64,000 bases of DNA, taken from assembly GCA_035084275.1 (NCBI GenBank), contig CM068755.1, positions 11,160,001 through 11,224,000 of the forward strand, read 5' to 3'. Below, in pieces: positions 35,701-48,900 of this stretch. Source of the stretch: Hydrolagus colliei. Taxonomy: Eukaryota. How positions within the stretch are numbered: position 1 is the first letter of the stretch; the number at the start of each line of letters is the position of its first letter. The notes under the pieces are model-generated. The model saw only the letters and a list, made by a program, of their open reading frames with translations, was not told the DNA's origin and did no database searches. Position numbers and translations under genes: made by a program.

Positions 35701-36427
35701 ACCATTTCCTAGAATATAAGGTGTATGTTTTGTGGGTGACACGCGGCCACAAAACGACTATTTTCAATCTTTTCTAACCATATCCTTCATTCTAGTCACG
35801 TTAAAATGAGCTTATTTTCTCAATAGTCATTGTTCCTGCCCATATGTGCTTCTTTCGTTAGGATAGGAATGAGGTCCAGCGTTGTACTTGCCTGCGCTTG
35901 CTTTTTGACAATGTTTTATCTCCACAGACAATCGGCTCTTGTAGTTTGAACAGCGAATGTATTCTGTAGTTTTATACTTTTTTCCTCTCTTTGTAGGAAT
36001 TTACACATAGAGCCTAACATTAGAGTCACCAACAGTCTCAGATCTGCCAAAACTCAAGCATTGAGTCTAATTATAATTTGTTTGAACTGCCTCTGTTAAC
36101 TTACCCTTTGGAAATACAGTTATTTCCACAAAGGCAAAGCTTCTTAGTTTTGACAATAATCAGGGTACTTTTTTTTATATAATTACCTGAACTGCAGTAC
36201 TATTTTGCACAGAGTCATCTTTTTGCAAGAACATTCATCACTCTCAGATAGGAATTAATGTCCTCCTTCCTCACCAGAATTTTCAATTTCTAGATTACCT
36301 AGGAATCTGAGCATCCGTTCGGTACAGATGGCAATTTCTAACAATATGATTAATTAATCTATTTAAGCCATTACACAAATAACACTGGGTGCATAACATA
36401 TTATATTTAGTATAAATGATTCTATCG

Positions 36428-36600
36428 GCTGTCAGCTTGACCCAGTTGTACTCTTGCTTCTGAGTCAGAAAGCTGTGGGGTCAATGCAATGCAGCATTTT
36501 CAGAGGTGTCTTTCTTTCTTTGGATGAGACGTTAAACACCAGGTCACTATTCAAGTGTATGTTAACGATCCCGTGGCACTATTCAGAAAGTGGAGAGAAA
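36428..36600 (+). mobile_element. Deu-domain SINE, internally deleted
   Basis: ccagttgtactcttgcttctgagtcagaaagctgtggggtcaa...tttggatgagacgttaaac...gatcccgtggcactattc. Confidence 0.7.
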
Positions 36601-38094
36601 AAGAAAATCAACAAGTCTTCAAGCGTTCCCTGCCATTCAGCTGTTTCTGAACAAAGATAGCTCCGTCTAACTGACTGCAAACAAAAAATTTACAAATATT
36701 TGTTTCAGAACCACATCCTGTGGTTAAATTATCTTATATTAACAATTCACAAAGGCATCAGTATGCTGAAGGGCTGTAGTTTCGAAGTTAGCTTCTTCTT
36801 ATTAACAGAGATCAGAGCTTGAATCCCTTTTGGCTAGTGGAGTCAAACGATTTGGTGACCTGATCTTTCTATTCTGGGAAGTTTTCTCCAGTACAATATT
36901 CTGTTAGGGACTCAATATAGAGATTGACAAAGAGAATATTGTTTCTTTACAAGGCGGTGTGGACTACACAAATTTGATCAACGGAAAATGGAAATCAGTG
37001 TGAGAACACCCCCGATGGGCCTCAATTGTAGGCCTTAAAATGTTTTGTAACATGCCGTATTAGTAGGTTAAGTATGCAGGAATGCTGGAAAACAATTCAA
37101 GACTGTGGAAGGGATTCAAAAGGCCTTGGCTTTTAAAGTTGCATTAGTGTAAAGTTAATAAAGTGTCAAAAGTAACATGCAATCAGAAAAGGTATCAGCA
37201 AACATGTAAACCAACCATCTATGTATTGCTGGAAAGTGCGGAGGGGGAGGGGGGGGGGCGGGGGAAAGCTCGTAAGCAACAGCATCTCAGAGTCTCAAAT
37301 GCAGTCTGCTCCTGGTAGCCAGAGGTACATCATGCCAACCACTGATCAAAGTGGACTAGATAATTGCGCTTTGAAAGTAGATTTCATTGGAGCAAGTTCC
37401 TGCATATTGCACAGCGTATTCATGGTTATTTAAAGGAGTTCCCATTGAAAACTCTGAATATTTATGAAGGAATTCCATCAGAGATCGTCTCACGGTAGAT
37501 CTTGGTATTGCTTGACTATGGCTGCGTTAAGCAATGGGGGGTAAACTCCCTGAGCAATTAGTAGGGGAGGGATTCAAAAGTTGCAATCCAAACTTTGGCA
37601 GTGGTAAGCGATTCATTCATTCCGCTCTCAGACAGATTGATGACCACCTTCAGCTTATCCAGACAAATATAATTCCAGCTGTGGAAGGTGATAGACAGGG
37701 CCCAGGTTTCAATCAGTCAGTCGGTTTCTGATGTTACAACATCCTGGGAACAATTTGTTGCAGAATCCCTTAAAAAAGATATTTACTTCTTCCTCCAGGC
37801 ACGCTGGATTAATTCTGTGTCCAGGCACCTCACAGTACTCTTGATTCCTACATCATCCTCACACATCTCAAATTCAGATGTTTTATTACTCAGTTCTGTT
37901 GTTACGACAAGCGTTACTTGTTAGAAAATGTTGATTTTACTTGAGGTTGACCCGTTTGCTAATGCTAAAGACCATTGGTGCTCCAAAGCAATACATAGCA
38001 CAGACACTCATGATGACCTTCCCTTATACAGTCCAAGACAGAGATGTTGGGAATCAATGTGGTTACTTCCAACTTAGATGTAATCATTCATCTC

Positions 38095-38965
38095 CCTCTC
38101 ACTGCTTCTTTTGAGCTGGATGAGCGCAAATTTCTTGCAGCTGAATGTTGACAAGACAGAAGCCATACTCTTTGGCTCTTGTAAACGTCTCTATTCGTGC
38201 GGCTCTCACCTCCTCCACCTTCCCTGTCTGCTCCTAAAACTCTCCAAACCTGTGCGCAACCGTGGCGTCAGGTTCGACCCCCAACTGTCCTTCCTCCCTC
38301 ACATCTGGTCCCTCACTAGCATCGCTTTCTTCCACCTCCAATGCATTGCCCGTGTCCGACAATACCTCACCCCAAAAGCCGCTGAAACCCTGGTACACAC
38401 CTTTGACACCTCTTGGCTGGACTATTCCAATGCCCTCCTCGCCAGTCTCCCCTCCTCCACAATCCACAGAGTCCAGCTCATTCAGAACTCTGCCGCCCGG
38501 CATTCTCACCCGCACCAAATTTCACTCCCCCATTACCCCAGTCCTTGCCAGACTTCACTGGCTCCCTATCCCAGAGAGGATCGACTTCAAGATCCTCACC
38601 CTTGTCTTCAAATCCCTCTACTCCTCTGCACCCACCTACCTCTCTGACGTTTCTCCTCAAACCAGCACCCATTGCCTTCGCTCCATCGGGTCTGGCCTCC
38701 TCCATGTCCCCCAAATCCTCCGCTCCACCCTTGGCAGCTGTGCTTTCAGCCACTATACCCTGAGGCTCTGGAATTCCCTTCCTCACTCCCTTTGCCTCGA
38801 CCCCTCTTCTCAGCTTCAGGTCCCAGCTGAAGACCTTTCTCTTCGACCGCGCCTTTGGTCACCTTTCTACCCCTGCCCCTGGCTTGGTCCCGGGATCTGT
38901 TATTGTGAAGCGCTCTGAGACGCCGTCCGACGTGGAGGGCGCTATATAGATCAAAGTTGTAGCAG
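38095..38965 (+). mobile_element. L2-clade LINE, best-preserved fragment: ORF2 RT C-terminal region, 3' UTR and type C tail
   Basis: ORF 38111-38647 gives WMSANFLQLNVDKTEAILFGS...LDYSNALL...LQLIQNSAAR-like text. A frameshift near 38500 continues in ORF 38262-38918 as ITPVLARLHWLPIPERIDFKILTLVFKSL...GSCAFSHYTLRLWNSLP. Tail agcgctctgagacgccgtccgacgtggagggcgct. Confidence 0.95.
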
Positions 38966-39299
38966 TTGTAGTAGCTTCAGTCTGTTGATGAACTGTTCCA
39001 CTGCCAAATTTAGGAAGCTTATGTTATGTCAGGTTAACCTATCCTTTCCTAGGGTACAATATGATCCTCAGTCTCACCTACTTTGTGGATGCATTAGCAT
39101 TACTTGTCCCTGCTGCTTCCATGGATAGTATCTTTGTGCTTATATCACAGGCTCAATGCTGCAGCCTCAGAAAAACAACACATTTCCACAGGGACATGTA
39201 ATGCAAGTGACAAAAAGACAAAGGTAAATGGAAGTTCACTTATGTTGATGGGAACAAAGCCCTAATTATGCCTTTTTTGCCACCTTTATTGTGTTCTCT

Positions 39300-39613
39300 C
39301 TCCCACCAGGCTCCTGACCCTCCATGACACCTGCTCCACCCATTGGTGGTTGGACCTGCAGTCTCTCTGGTCCAAGCTTACGGAACACCTTCCAGAGTCC
39401 CTTTGCCTTGCTACCTCCATTGATTGTATCCTTTAAGGCATGTCTCAAGACCCTTCTCTTTGACTGCTCCTTTGGACACGCTCCTACCTCTTACCCTCCC
39501 TGCCTCCAACCTTCCTGATCCCAAGTCCAATCTCAGATCTAAATCCCTGACTGTCCAGGGCCTTGGAACGTACACCCGATGTGAAAAGCACTATACAAAT
39601 ATAATTTGTTGTT
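39300..39613 (+). mobile_element. L2-clade LINE 3' fragment (type B tail)
   Basis: ccacccattggtggt...ctttaaggcatgtctcaagacccttctctttgac...ctgactgtccagggccttggaacgtacacccgatgtgaaaagcactatacaaat...ttgttg. Confidence 0.85.
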
Positions 39614-41084
39614 TATTGCATTCATTGAATCCGTTAATGCAGAATTGGATCCATATTGGAAAATCTGATAGTGTTAACACAGTCTCAGCAAACAAAGTAT
39701 TAACATAAAGTCTGCTGAATTCTCATTGGTATTAAATTGGGGGTACAGATGATCACAGATAAGAAAATAAAATCAGGATTTCATTAGGCCACAAAGATCT
39801 TTTGGAGACAATAGTGAGAGTCGAGATTGGTTTGAAAACGGTAGAGTTTGCAAAAGATTTGCAGGGATACAAAAGCAAGATGTTGCCTATAGTCAGAGAG
39901 GTGACTCCATGCTGAAGATTTCCACTCAATTATAGATAGTTCAGAAATGATGTTGGAAGTAGTTCTTACCCTCAGTCAATAAACTGTAAGCTGTATCGCC
40001 GAATACCAAGGTGCCTGAAAGGCCTCAAAGGATATATAAATCCAGACAGAGTTACGTCAACCTTGCGGCGTGGATTGTGTGATTAAAATACAATATCTAA
40101 TCACAAAAAAAACGCATCGTGTTCACAAATCATATGCAATCCGGTACATTAATGCAAGAAATGGCTTAGAAGTCAACATTTACTCACATATAACTTTTCA
40201 TATATCTTATATCTCCAGGAAAAGAAAATTTTACATCAAACTCGACCCGTTCTTGTCGAGCATTTGCACTGTTAGATACTTCCAAAATCCAGTATTTTTT
40301 TTAACTGGTTATTTCCGATATTATTATGTAAAATTTCTACCTGGGTTTAGATTTACTATATACACATTTCAATGACCAGTATTTTAATGTCAAATTCATA
40401 AATATTGCTTTGAATTTTGAAACGTGTTTTCTGCAGGTGCTTTTAAAAACTAGTGAAAACAGGCTTCAAACTTAAAACATAATTCAACAACTTGCCAAAT
40501 CTTGGGTGCTCTAAACGTTAAGAGAGTATAATACAGACCAAGATGAATATTCTCCCTTGTATTTCCCATAGTCCATATCAGAGGCATCCCCTTTAAGTTG
40601 ACAGGAATGATCATGGAGAGAATTTACAAAACTACAAGAAGTCATGCTGACATGCTTCAACTGATGAATATTTTGGGGGTAGATGAGTTCATTCCAGCTC
40701 TTGCTAAAGTGTATGTAACATGTAACAAAATTATGCTTCAAATCTTATTTCAATTACATCCTGAATAGACTCAAGTCCATAAAGTCTGTTTACTCCTTTT
40801 AAACATAAGAAATTGTGCATACCTGTAATGTGCGCACATTTCTAAATAATTAATACTGCTAACTTGGTTTGATTGCTTGGTTCAGCACAATTCAGAAGTG
40901 TTATGGCAGCCTTTATCTTAATCCTCAAATGCAATTTAATTATCTTATAATAAGCTTCATGGTGCTTAAGGAGTCCATGCAAACTTACCTTTGGCTGCCT
41001 GACATTCTCCCCTCTTCTCATTTACTCTAATCTACATTTCTCAGAACTCCCAAACCTCTTCATTCTTCACAATCTTACTGCCAG

Positions 41085-41168
41085 TTCTGATGAAGGGTCA
41101 CACTCAAAGCACTCAGTATCTCTTATCTTGGGTGCTGATCTGCCTGCCATACATTCCAGTTTTTGTGC
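41085..41168 (+). mobile_element. Short decayed repeat, possibly a Penelope-like terminal segment
   Basis: ttctgatgaagggtcacac...tgctgatctgcctg...attccagtttttgtg; a similar ttctgatgaagg occurs at 2331. Family assignment is from recall only. Confidence 0.35.
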
Positions 41169-41839
41169 TCCCACTTAGGATTCATTTATGGTCAATCATC
41201 ATTGTATTGACTCTTGGAACACTGCAGATGAGAAAAAAGTACACTTAAAATGCTATAATCACTGAGTAAAAATGAATATTACAGCCCGTTCACTGATTAT
41301 TTCTGCGTCCCTGCCTAACCATCAACGTTGATTCAGAAATTCCATGTGAAATTCCATGGTGAATAGCGTTAGTATCAGTAACATCTGAGGAGATGTTTTG
41401 CTCTTGATTGAATGGGACAATTCACCAAAGTACTGTACTATGATAATGTCTCCTAATCCAGTTGTGCAGTTCGAACACCAACTGTAACCAGTGAGGACAA
41501 AATATGAGGTCAACATTTTGGGAACAAATGCGGCAACAAACAAAAGGCATCCCAAATTCAAACAGACAGCTCTGTTGAATGGTAAAGCAATGCACTACAC
41601 AGGAATCATTTCTAAAATATATTGTTTAACTCACTTCTCTTCACTTTTCAGTACAATTTCGTTTATTTGCCTCCTGTTTATTTTTGTTGGTGCGTACAAT
41701 TTTCCTGCACACATTTTTAAACTTATCTTCTATGAATCCTTTGAGGGTTAACATTAAGTACTGATGATCTGATAAGGGTTAGAGACAATTATGAAGACCT
41801 GCAGAATTAAGCCAATCAACACATATAACTTCTTCTGGT

Positions 41840-42310
41840 TCCTTCCGCCAATGGAATTCTTCCACATTTAACCACACTGATTTACATCTGGCACACACTG
41901 ACCCAGTTTTTGAAATGATCTAAACTATTATGAATCTGGTTGCATTTTCCTCATTATTTGCTTTGCCTCCAATTTTGCTATCATCTGAAATTGTGCCGAT
42001 TTCACTTGTGATATTCTTGTCCGAGCCACTAAATATAGATTAAAGATGGGCCCTGGAGGAACCTATATATTCCATCTTGAAAGAAAGAATCTTGCTTCCT
42101 GTTTGCAAACCAACTATCCATCCGTGTCCATACTTTATCCTGTATTCCATGGCTCCCTGTCTTAGCCATTAGTAACTGAGCTGAAAAACTTCTGAAACTG
42201 AGGTATAGAAAATTAACCACATTATTCATGTTCTCCCATTTACAAACCTCAAGAGAGTTAGTTAAGCATTAATGCCTAAATCCTCCTTCCTAAAATGACT
42301 TTGCTTTTCT
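41840..42310 (-). mobile_element. CR1-clade LINE RT fragment, decayed and internally deleted
   Basis: Minus ORF ...SHGIQDKVWTRMDSWFANRKQ... resembles KL..HGI.G.V..WI..WL..RKQ. ccaattttgctatcatctgaa is antisense to a degenerate (F)ADD.K+G motif. Confidence 0.7.
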
Positions 42311-42974
42311 AAATGCATTCGAAAGTACAGTAAAATTTACTAATCTTGACAAAGAGCAACTTTCTTTAAATACATCAAAGAATCTCTCAAAACGCTTCAT
42401 AAATTTAAAATCATTTGACATGAATGTTTTGCAGCAAGTACACCAGCTAAACTTCATCAACAACGTTCCACAAACAGCAATGAAATGAGTCGCCCATTAA
42501 TCTGATTTGTTGTTTTTGGTGGTGGGGGTGGTGGTGTAGTGGTGGGGTTGGGAGTTTAGATGAGAAAACAATATTAACCTGGGAAGTCAGGAGAAGACAA
42601 TAACAGCTTGCATTTATACAGCAAGGTAGCGTTATGTGGCATCAGCCTAGATAATGGTTCCAAAATGGGGAAATCTTACCTGAACCTGCCTCAGAGGCGA
42701 GATGCTACCAATTGACTTGGACTTGTAGTGAATGCTGCATTTTTTTCTGTATTTTTTCTGCAAACTCCCGAGAACAACTGTGTCAAAAAACAATACCACA
42801 GAAAAGAATGCATGCTTTCACAAAACAGGCAAATTCAGCAGATTCCCTGGGACGACACATCTAATTAGAAGCAGTGAAGATTTCACGCAACTACGAAATG
42901 AATCAGAACCTAAGCTCAAACAGCACTGATATATTGCAGATATTACATCACATACTGAGCACTTTGTAGGCGAT

Positions 42975-43082
42975 TGACCCACAAAAATAGTCAATTCACT
43001 TTAAAGTATATTCTCTAAAGGGCTTTGAGACACCTCAAAGACTCGATATGATGCTACATCAAATGCAAGGATTATTATTAAT
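42975..43082 (+). mobile_element. Solo SINE 3' tail (type A)
   Basis: cccacaaaaatagtcaattcactttaaagtatattctctaaagggctttgagacacc...tcaaatgcaagg(att)n. Confidence 0.75.
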
Positions 43083-43459
43083 ACCTAATGTTACAATGTA
43101 AAAACAAACGTTATGTTTTGAATGACAAAAGATTTAAAGGTACAGTATTTATATATTTTTCTAATACAGATTTTGAATCGTACACAATGTTATTCGGTTC
43201 AAAATCTAATTTTCAAAGAGGTGCCATAACCTGTTCTGTTTGGGAACTATATTAGATAAAGAACATGATAGTTGCATAAATCATGCGCAACTTAGTTACA
43301 TCTCGCACTGAAATATAATAAAGTAGCAATATTTCTGGTAAGTGGGGTGGGGGAATGTGACATTGCAAAGAAATTGCTGAAAAGAAGCTCAGTGTATTTG
43401 ATTATCACAAACCATTAGAATGACCAGCAACTGCAAGAGGAAATGTAAGGATAAATGGA

Positions 43460-43640
43460 AAAATATAGACTGAGAGGATAATGATCTAAGTTTTCAAAAT
43501 TATAGGAGGCATAGATGACAGAGTTTTAAGCAAAGTATCTGACTTAGATCTTCAGAGCAGAATTAAAAGGCATAGGTTTCAAATTAAAATGCTTCAAACA
43601 GGATTTGTGTTTGGAAAAATTCTAGTGAACAGGAGATATT
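43460..43640 (+). mobile_element. CR1-clade LINE ORF2 C-terminal fragment
   Basis: agactgagaggataatgatctaagttttcaaaattataggaggcatagat...agaattaaaaggcatagg resembles RLRG.MI.VFKI+.G.D...RTRGH. Confidence 0.6.
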
Positions 43641-44407
43641 TGGAAGAAACATCGAGGGAAGATGAGAGGGATGAGTGAATGTTCTGGTCTCTGCTTTATT
43701 TTCTTAAGGAACTAGGGAAGATCTGTACTGGCCCCCTAGGAAGCAGAATGTTTGGAATACAGTGTACTGTAGGTTATTTATTATCATTATTGCTATCAAA
43801 TAGTTTGTGGCTTGATGTCCATTGGTTTGATTGGTCAAATGGTCTTTCCTCTTTTCATACTTTGCTTCCTGTGGAGTCTCAGTGATTCCTGAACGCAGCC
43901 ATGTTTTGTCAAAGCAGAAAACCTTTTTTATTTTCATTCAATGAAAATTGTTTTTTTGCTGCCTTTTGCCCTTTCTGAGCCACTTCTTGTCAAGAGAACA
44001 AAAAAACATCATTAGTCTTTTCCAATGATGCTCTGTTACCAACCACCAGAAGGTGTCCCGAGAGTATCACTCACAAAATTGATTTCATAGACTCTGGTCA
44101 CTCTTAATAGTGATTTGAGACATGGTACAACATCAGCTTACATTTGTATAGCGCCCTTCACATCGGGAAGACATCCCAAGGCACTTGAGTAATCTTCCTG
44201 TACAGGTTTGGGATATATGTGGATCACAGCAAATATCAGATGTCTATTCTATTTGGTTTCAGTTCAAAATATGTTGAAAAAAATCTCTAATCTCAACATT
44301 TTCTTTTAGCAGCCATTTACCTGGGAGAGCTGTGACCTCTATTGAATGAGTCAAATCAAATATTGTGAATCTGAGTGGACAGCCAGTGAAATGGTGTGCA
44401 TTTTGTG

Positions 44408-44441
44408 CAGAGACAGAGAGAGAGAAAGAGAGAGAGAGAGA
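44408..44441. repeat. Imperfect (GA)n microsatellite
   Basis: agagacagagagagagaaagagagagagagaga. Similar tracts occur at 18900-18923, 19146-19161 and 53700-53719. Confidence 0.9.
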
Positions 44442-47400
44442 CTCCTAAGAATTATCAACAAGAGAAACAAAATCTTAGCTTTGGAAGCTTGGGGTGAACG
44501 GGGCTAAAAAAAAAATCAGCCAAAAGAGATCATCAAAATGATCAAGGAGATATTTTGGTTTTGTACATCGCCTCAGCCAATAATGGCTTTCCCGGCTGTA
44601 ACATACATGACCGCAGACACAAACATTCTACATAGAAAGCTGTTTAAGTGCAAACCCAAATAATCACGTGAGGTCTGAAGTATTGAAGCCATGACAAACT
44701 CAATATTGCTGTGATTTGAACCAGATTTTGCACAATAGGACGCTTTGCTCTGCTTATTACAGATTAGTCACCCCTCCCCCAACTCAACCACATGCACAAC
44801 AGTTGATACAGCCTCGAGGGTATATTCTTTATCTGCACAAAACTCCTTGGAATACATTAATGTTCCAGACAGCAGCATATAAGTACCGAGCCAGATAATC
44901 TTTAGGATGGCAAATAAACTAAGTGCATTTGCACTTGTTCTTATTTACCCTCGTATGTGAACGATTGGAGATTTCTTTTATCTCAAAAGCACCATCCTAC
45001 ATACACTACCTTTGTGTTGTCGGAATTTGCAGCAGAAAGCTTCAGGCTGCAATTAAATGCCAATGGAACATGGTGGAAATGTACCACGGGAAGATAAAAC
45101 TTGTCAGTATCCAGTAGTTGTAGCTACTCCTGTGTATTGCAATTGTTCTACTGTTTCAGTTGAATAGTTATACTTCAGCCATTGTGTGTCTGTGGGAAAC
45201 AGAACCTCTCATCTGCTCTCTTTTTTTAATGATAATTACACCAATTCTCTGCCTTATGCGTACATCTGGCAGAATCTATTTAAGCAGTTATTGTGAAAGG
45301 CATCCATGCTGCAAGAAATGTATTCAGTATTAAACACTGATTATTTCACTAGTTGCAGAACTGAAGTAGAAAATGAAACAGTTCTTTGTACTGTTGTCTT
45401 TACAGCAGCCACGCCTACAGAATAAGCTTTCACCCCTTTATCTGATGGTTGGAGGTAATTGTGCAGTTGTTTCACTCATGCTAGAGAAACTTGTGAAGTA
45501 GACGGTTCTTTTATTCTAGATTTTGTTTCCTTCGAGACCCAAATGTGCCATGGAACGTATTATTTCACACCCACACTATATTTTTGACAAAGCTGCACAC
45601 AAAATGGCTTTAACTGTCATCCATTATAAGGTTAGAATAACTTCTTCCGATTTCTACTCGTATATCTACAAAATGCAAAGCTCACTTTGTCCACAGTCTG
45701 GAAAGCTTTAGTGCACGATCAATAAATCCATTCCCTCCTACACCTCGGCTGATGGACATCCTTCATTTTGTACATGGTGCTTTCAGAAATGTGAAACAAA
45801 TTCGGATTAGTTTACATAAATATCCATCTGTCACTTCTTGTTCGAACTGCTGAATTGGTTCATTTTCTTCCTGTGTTTGTGCTACAAGCTCATTTCATAG
45901 TATCACTTGGGACGTTAGCCCACGTGAAGGGCGCTATATAAATGCGAGTTGTTGTTTTATCACTCACCTGCTGCCTACATACCTTGATGGCGACTCAGTT
46001 TCACTGATAGGCAAAAAGATGGCGTGAAACACAGAGTTATTATGGATAAAGTTAAGTAAAGTTGAAGAACTTTAAAGGTTAAACATTTTAGTATCACCAA
46101 GGATAGCAACGATAAGAGTGACAGTATGCATTTCTCTCCATAATTTGAGCATTGGCATTCAGCGCGAGCCTGTACTCAAGTAGAAGTGTCATATTATCTA
46201 GTTTTCACATCCTTGAAACTAAAGTTATGAATTTGAAATATCCTAGCAATTTTTAAAAAAAAAGCATAAAATGGCATAACCACATGCATAGCATAATCAC
46301 ATACATCTTAGAAACCAACATTAGAGCCATGACAGGTATGTGAAATGTAATCATAGCGCAAACCAAAGTACGCAGCATAAATCTTAAATCCCTGGAGATT
46401 TGGTTCCAATTTTCTTTCAGGTTAAGTTTGTTTCAATAAGAAGCATTATACAACTGAGGAAAGGTTTAAATTGAATATCACAGATTTTTCAGTGAAGATG
46501 CTTGGAAGGTAATGGACACACAGTCTTTATAAATATTTAGGTTCGAATGTTACTTTAAAAAGTGACATTGAGTTTATACGATGCTTGCAAACGGAAGCAG
46601 AAAGGTATTGATATAGGAGATAAAAATAAAGTGTTTGGTACCTGGATTTAGCAACTCCGAATCAGCAACTTCAACAGGATATATATATCATGTTGACTCG
46701 CAGGAAGTGGAGTTCCTGTGAGGAAGGTGTGTATCACCATGACTTTCCTCTGGTTCATGGTGGGAGTCATGATCAGCAAAAGTACATTTTCAACAACCTC
46801 CATCACAGAAATATACCCAACCGAGCACACATTTTCATTGCAGGGAAAACAAGAGTTTTCATTGCAGGGAAAACAATGGGGTCTGATTTTTTTTAGTGAT
46901 GCAAGATGATTTGATTGTATTTTGCATAATGGGATGTTTGAAATCCTCCTACAGATGTCTCCCCCCAAATTACATTAGAATCTTGTCCATGAAATTTATG
47001 TAAGTCTCGTATGACAGATTCACTTTTGTTTTACACAACATTAAAACTTAATAACAGCAACACTTACGAATGCAATACAGTCACTGTTCATTCCCTCAAA
47101 CTGTTCTGAACTGGAGTGCTTGACAACACAAATATACTGAAATGGATGGCATGGCATTTTGCCAAAATACTTACATTAATTGCTTTTTTTAAAAAAAACA
47201 AATCAGACAGCATTTTTCCCAATCACAAAGCCTACAATGCAGAAAGCAATATTGTACAATTATGATCAGCGCTGAGAAGTGAAAACATAATAAATGCAAT
47301 AGTAACAATATCAAGCCTTACATTTGATATACTGTAACACCTTTCATGTTGAGAGGATGTCTCAAAGTGCTTCACAGATTGTACTGCAAATATATCATAT

Positions 47401-48697
47401 TTCTTCTTTTTAAATTCTGGAATGTCATAATCCACTCAAACAAAGCTTTCTGCGCATTTAAAATAGGTTTTCAGATGTACAATGTCCAGTGAATTGGAAT
47501 ATGCCTTTAAGTCTGATAACAAAGAATTCGATCAAGTGCCAATCACTAACATTAACCATCTTGTCACTAAAGATCACCGGCATCCACAATCAGTAATAGA
47601 TCAATAAATTTGTTCAATTTATTGAATAAAAAAATAACATATGCTCGTCTGTCAAGGTTAGGAAATACACAGACCAGCAAACTATCATCTCCAATATGAA
47701 ATCGCACATGATTGCAGTTTCCAGCTAAAAAATTTGTCTCAAACAATTGCATGTGTAAACTAGTAATACCATCTGTTTCCCTCATCACTGTGTAAGTGAT
47801 GTAAGTGTACTTTGACTGTAGGCAGGGGGCCTGAAACCAGGGCTTATACAGTAAAAGTATTAATTTCTAAACAAATGAGGTTGACACTTCCTAAATCTGT
47901 GTATGCTCAATCAGGGTATTGCAGCTGGTAGCTTGTTAAACATATATGTTTCTGATATATGATATGGTTTTCTGGACTGAATATGAATTGATCATAGTTA
48001 TGCAGCTGAACAATACAATACTAAATTTCATTTGTGAAGCGCCTTTCACATCAGGAGGACGTCTCAAGGCCCTGGAACATTTCTGATAAGCTAGAGTTTA
48101 TACATGAATAGCACAGCACTTACAATTAGCAAATAATGTGACATTTTATAATTTAAAAAAATTAGACCAGAATGCTTTTATGCCTTTATGGTTGTACCTT
48201 TTGGCACTGTGATAATCATTCCGAAAGAGAATTGTACCATGTAGGTTTGGGCGAAATGAAGCCTTTGATTGGTGATAAAAGTTACATTCACTTTCATGGA
48301 GAATAAGCAACAAAAGCTAAATTGGTTCCAGATATCTGAACTTTTCTGTTAAAATAATAATTGGATCTATTTCACTTGAAGGACACACTCCAGCTCAGAA
48401 AATTCTGCTCAGAAATTACAAGCTGCTGGATGTATTGTTTCATCTCAGACAGAATTTATTGTTAATCGTCGGAATGAATCTCTCGATTCCTGGAAGATGT
48501 TTTCTGTATCTGAATTGTTGGGAATACATTTGGGTGAAATTTTCTCTGTTTTGTCCACAAAGAATATGGTTTTGTGAAATAGTCTAGCCTGAGGTTTCGT
48601 CAATTTTCATTTTTGTCAAGTGGAACTGTTGATCCTGATTTGGATACACTTGGTAAATAGTTTATCACATTTGCTTGCTACCAAAAAGGAAATGTAC

Positions 48698-48900
48698 CAT
48701 AGGACCTAGGAATTGCCAGATTTAAAAAAAAAAGGTCCATCTAGTCCGCCTTCTATCATCTTGTAGTTGCTTGCTATTATAATGGAGTTGATGATAGGAA
48801 TTAATTCTGTATGGATTAGCCTATCATCACAGTGGAAAGCTTTGGAAACCCTAGATCCAAAGTTGCTGAGTTCTCCCAAGCACACTACACTTGTACCTGT
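48698..48900 (-). mobile_element. Old CR1-type 3' end
   Basis: taggaattgccaga...ggtccatctagtccgccttcta...ataatggagttg...gctttggaaaccctagatccaaagt resembles a recalled ancient CR1 3' UTR. No coding motif confirms it. Confidence 0.45.

Noticed and set aside
35970-36100. Strong splice acceptor (ttttttcctctctttgtag) as the start of a coding exon
   Set aside because: No convincing donor follows, and the frames are short and unrecognisable.
38111-38918. 178-aa and 218-aa ORFs as a functional gene
   Set aside because: They are two frames of one frameshifted, 5'-truncated L2 ORF2 that lacks the catalytic YADD region.
42515-42555. GGT/G-run tracts (also 5395-5420 and 60582-60611) as functional G-quadruplexes
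   Set aside because: Low-complexity simple sequence that is common in such genomes, with no supporting context.
46737-46771. Hairpin catgactttcc...gggagtcatg as a structured RNA
   Set aside because: Short stem relying on G-U pairs, single occurrence, compatible with chance.
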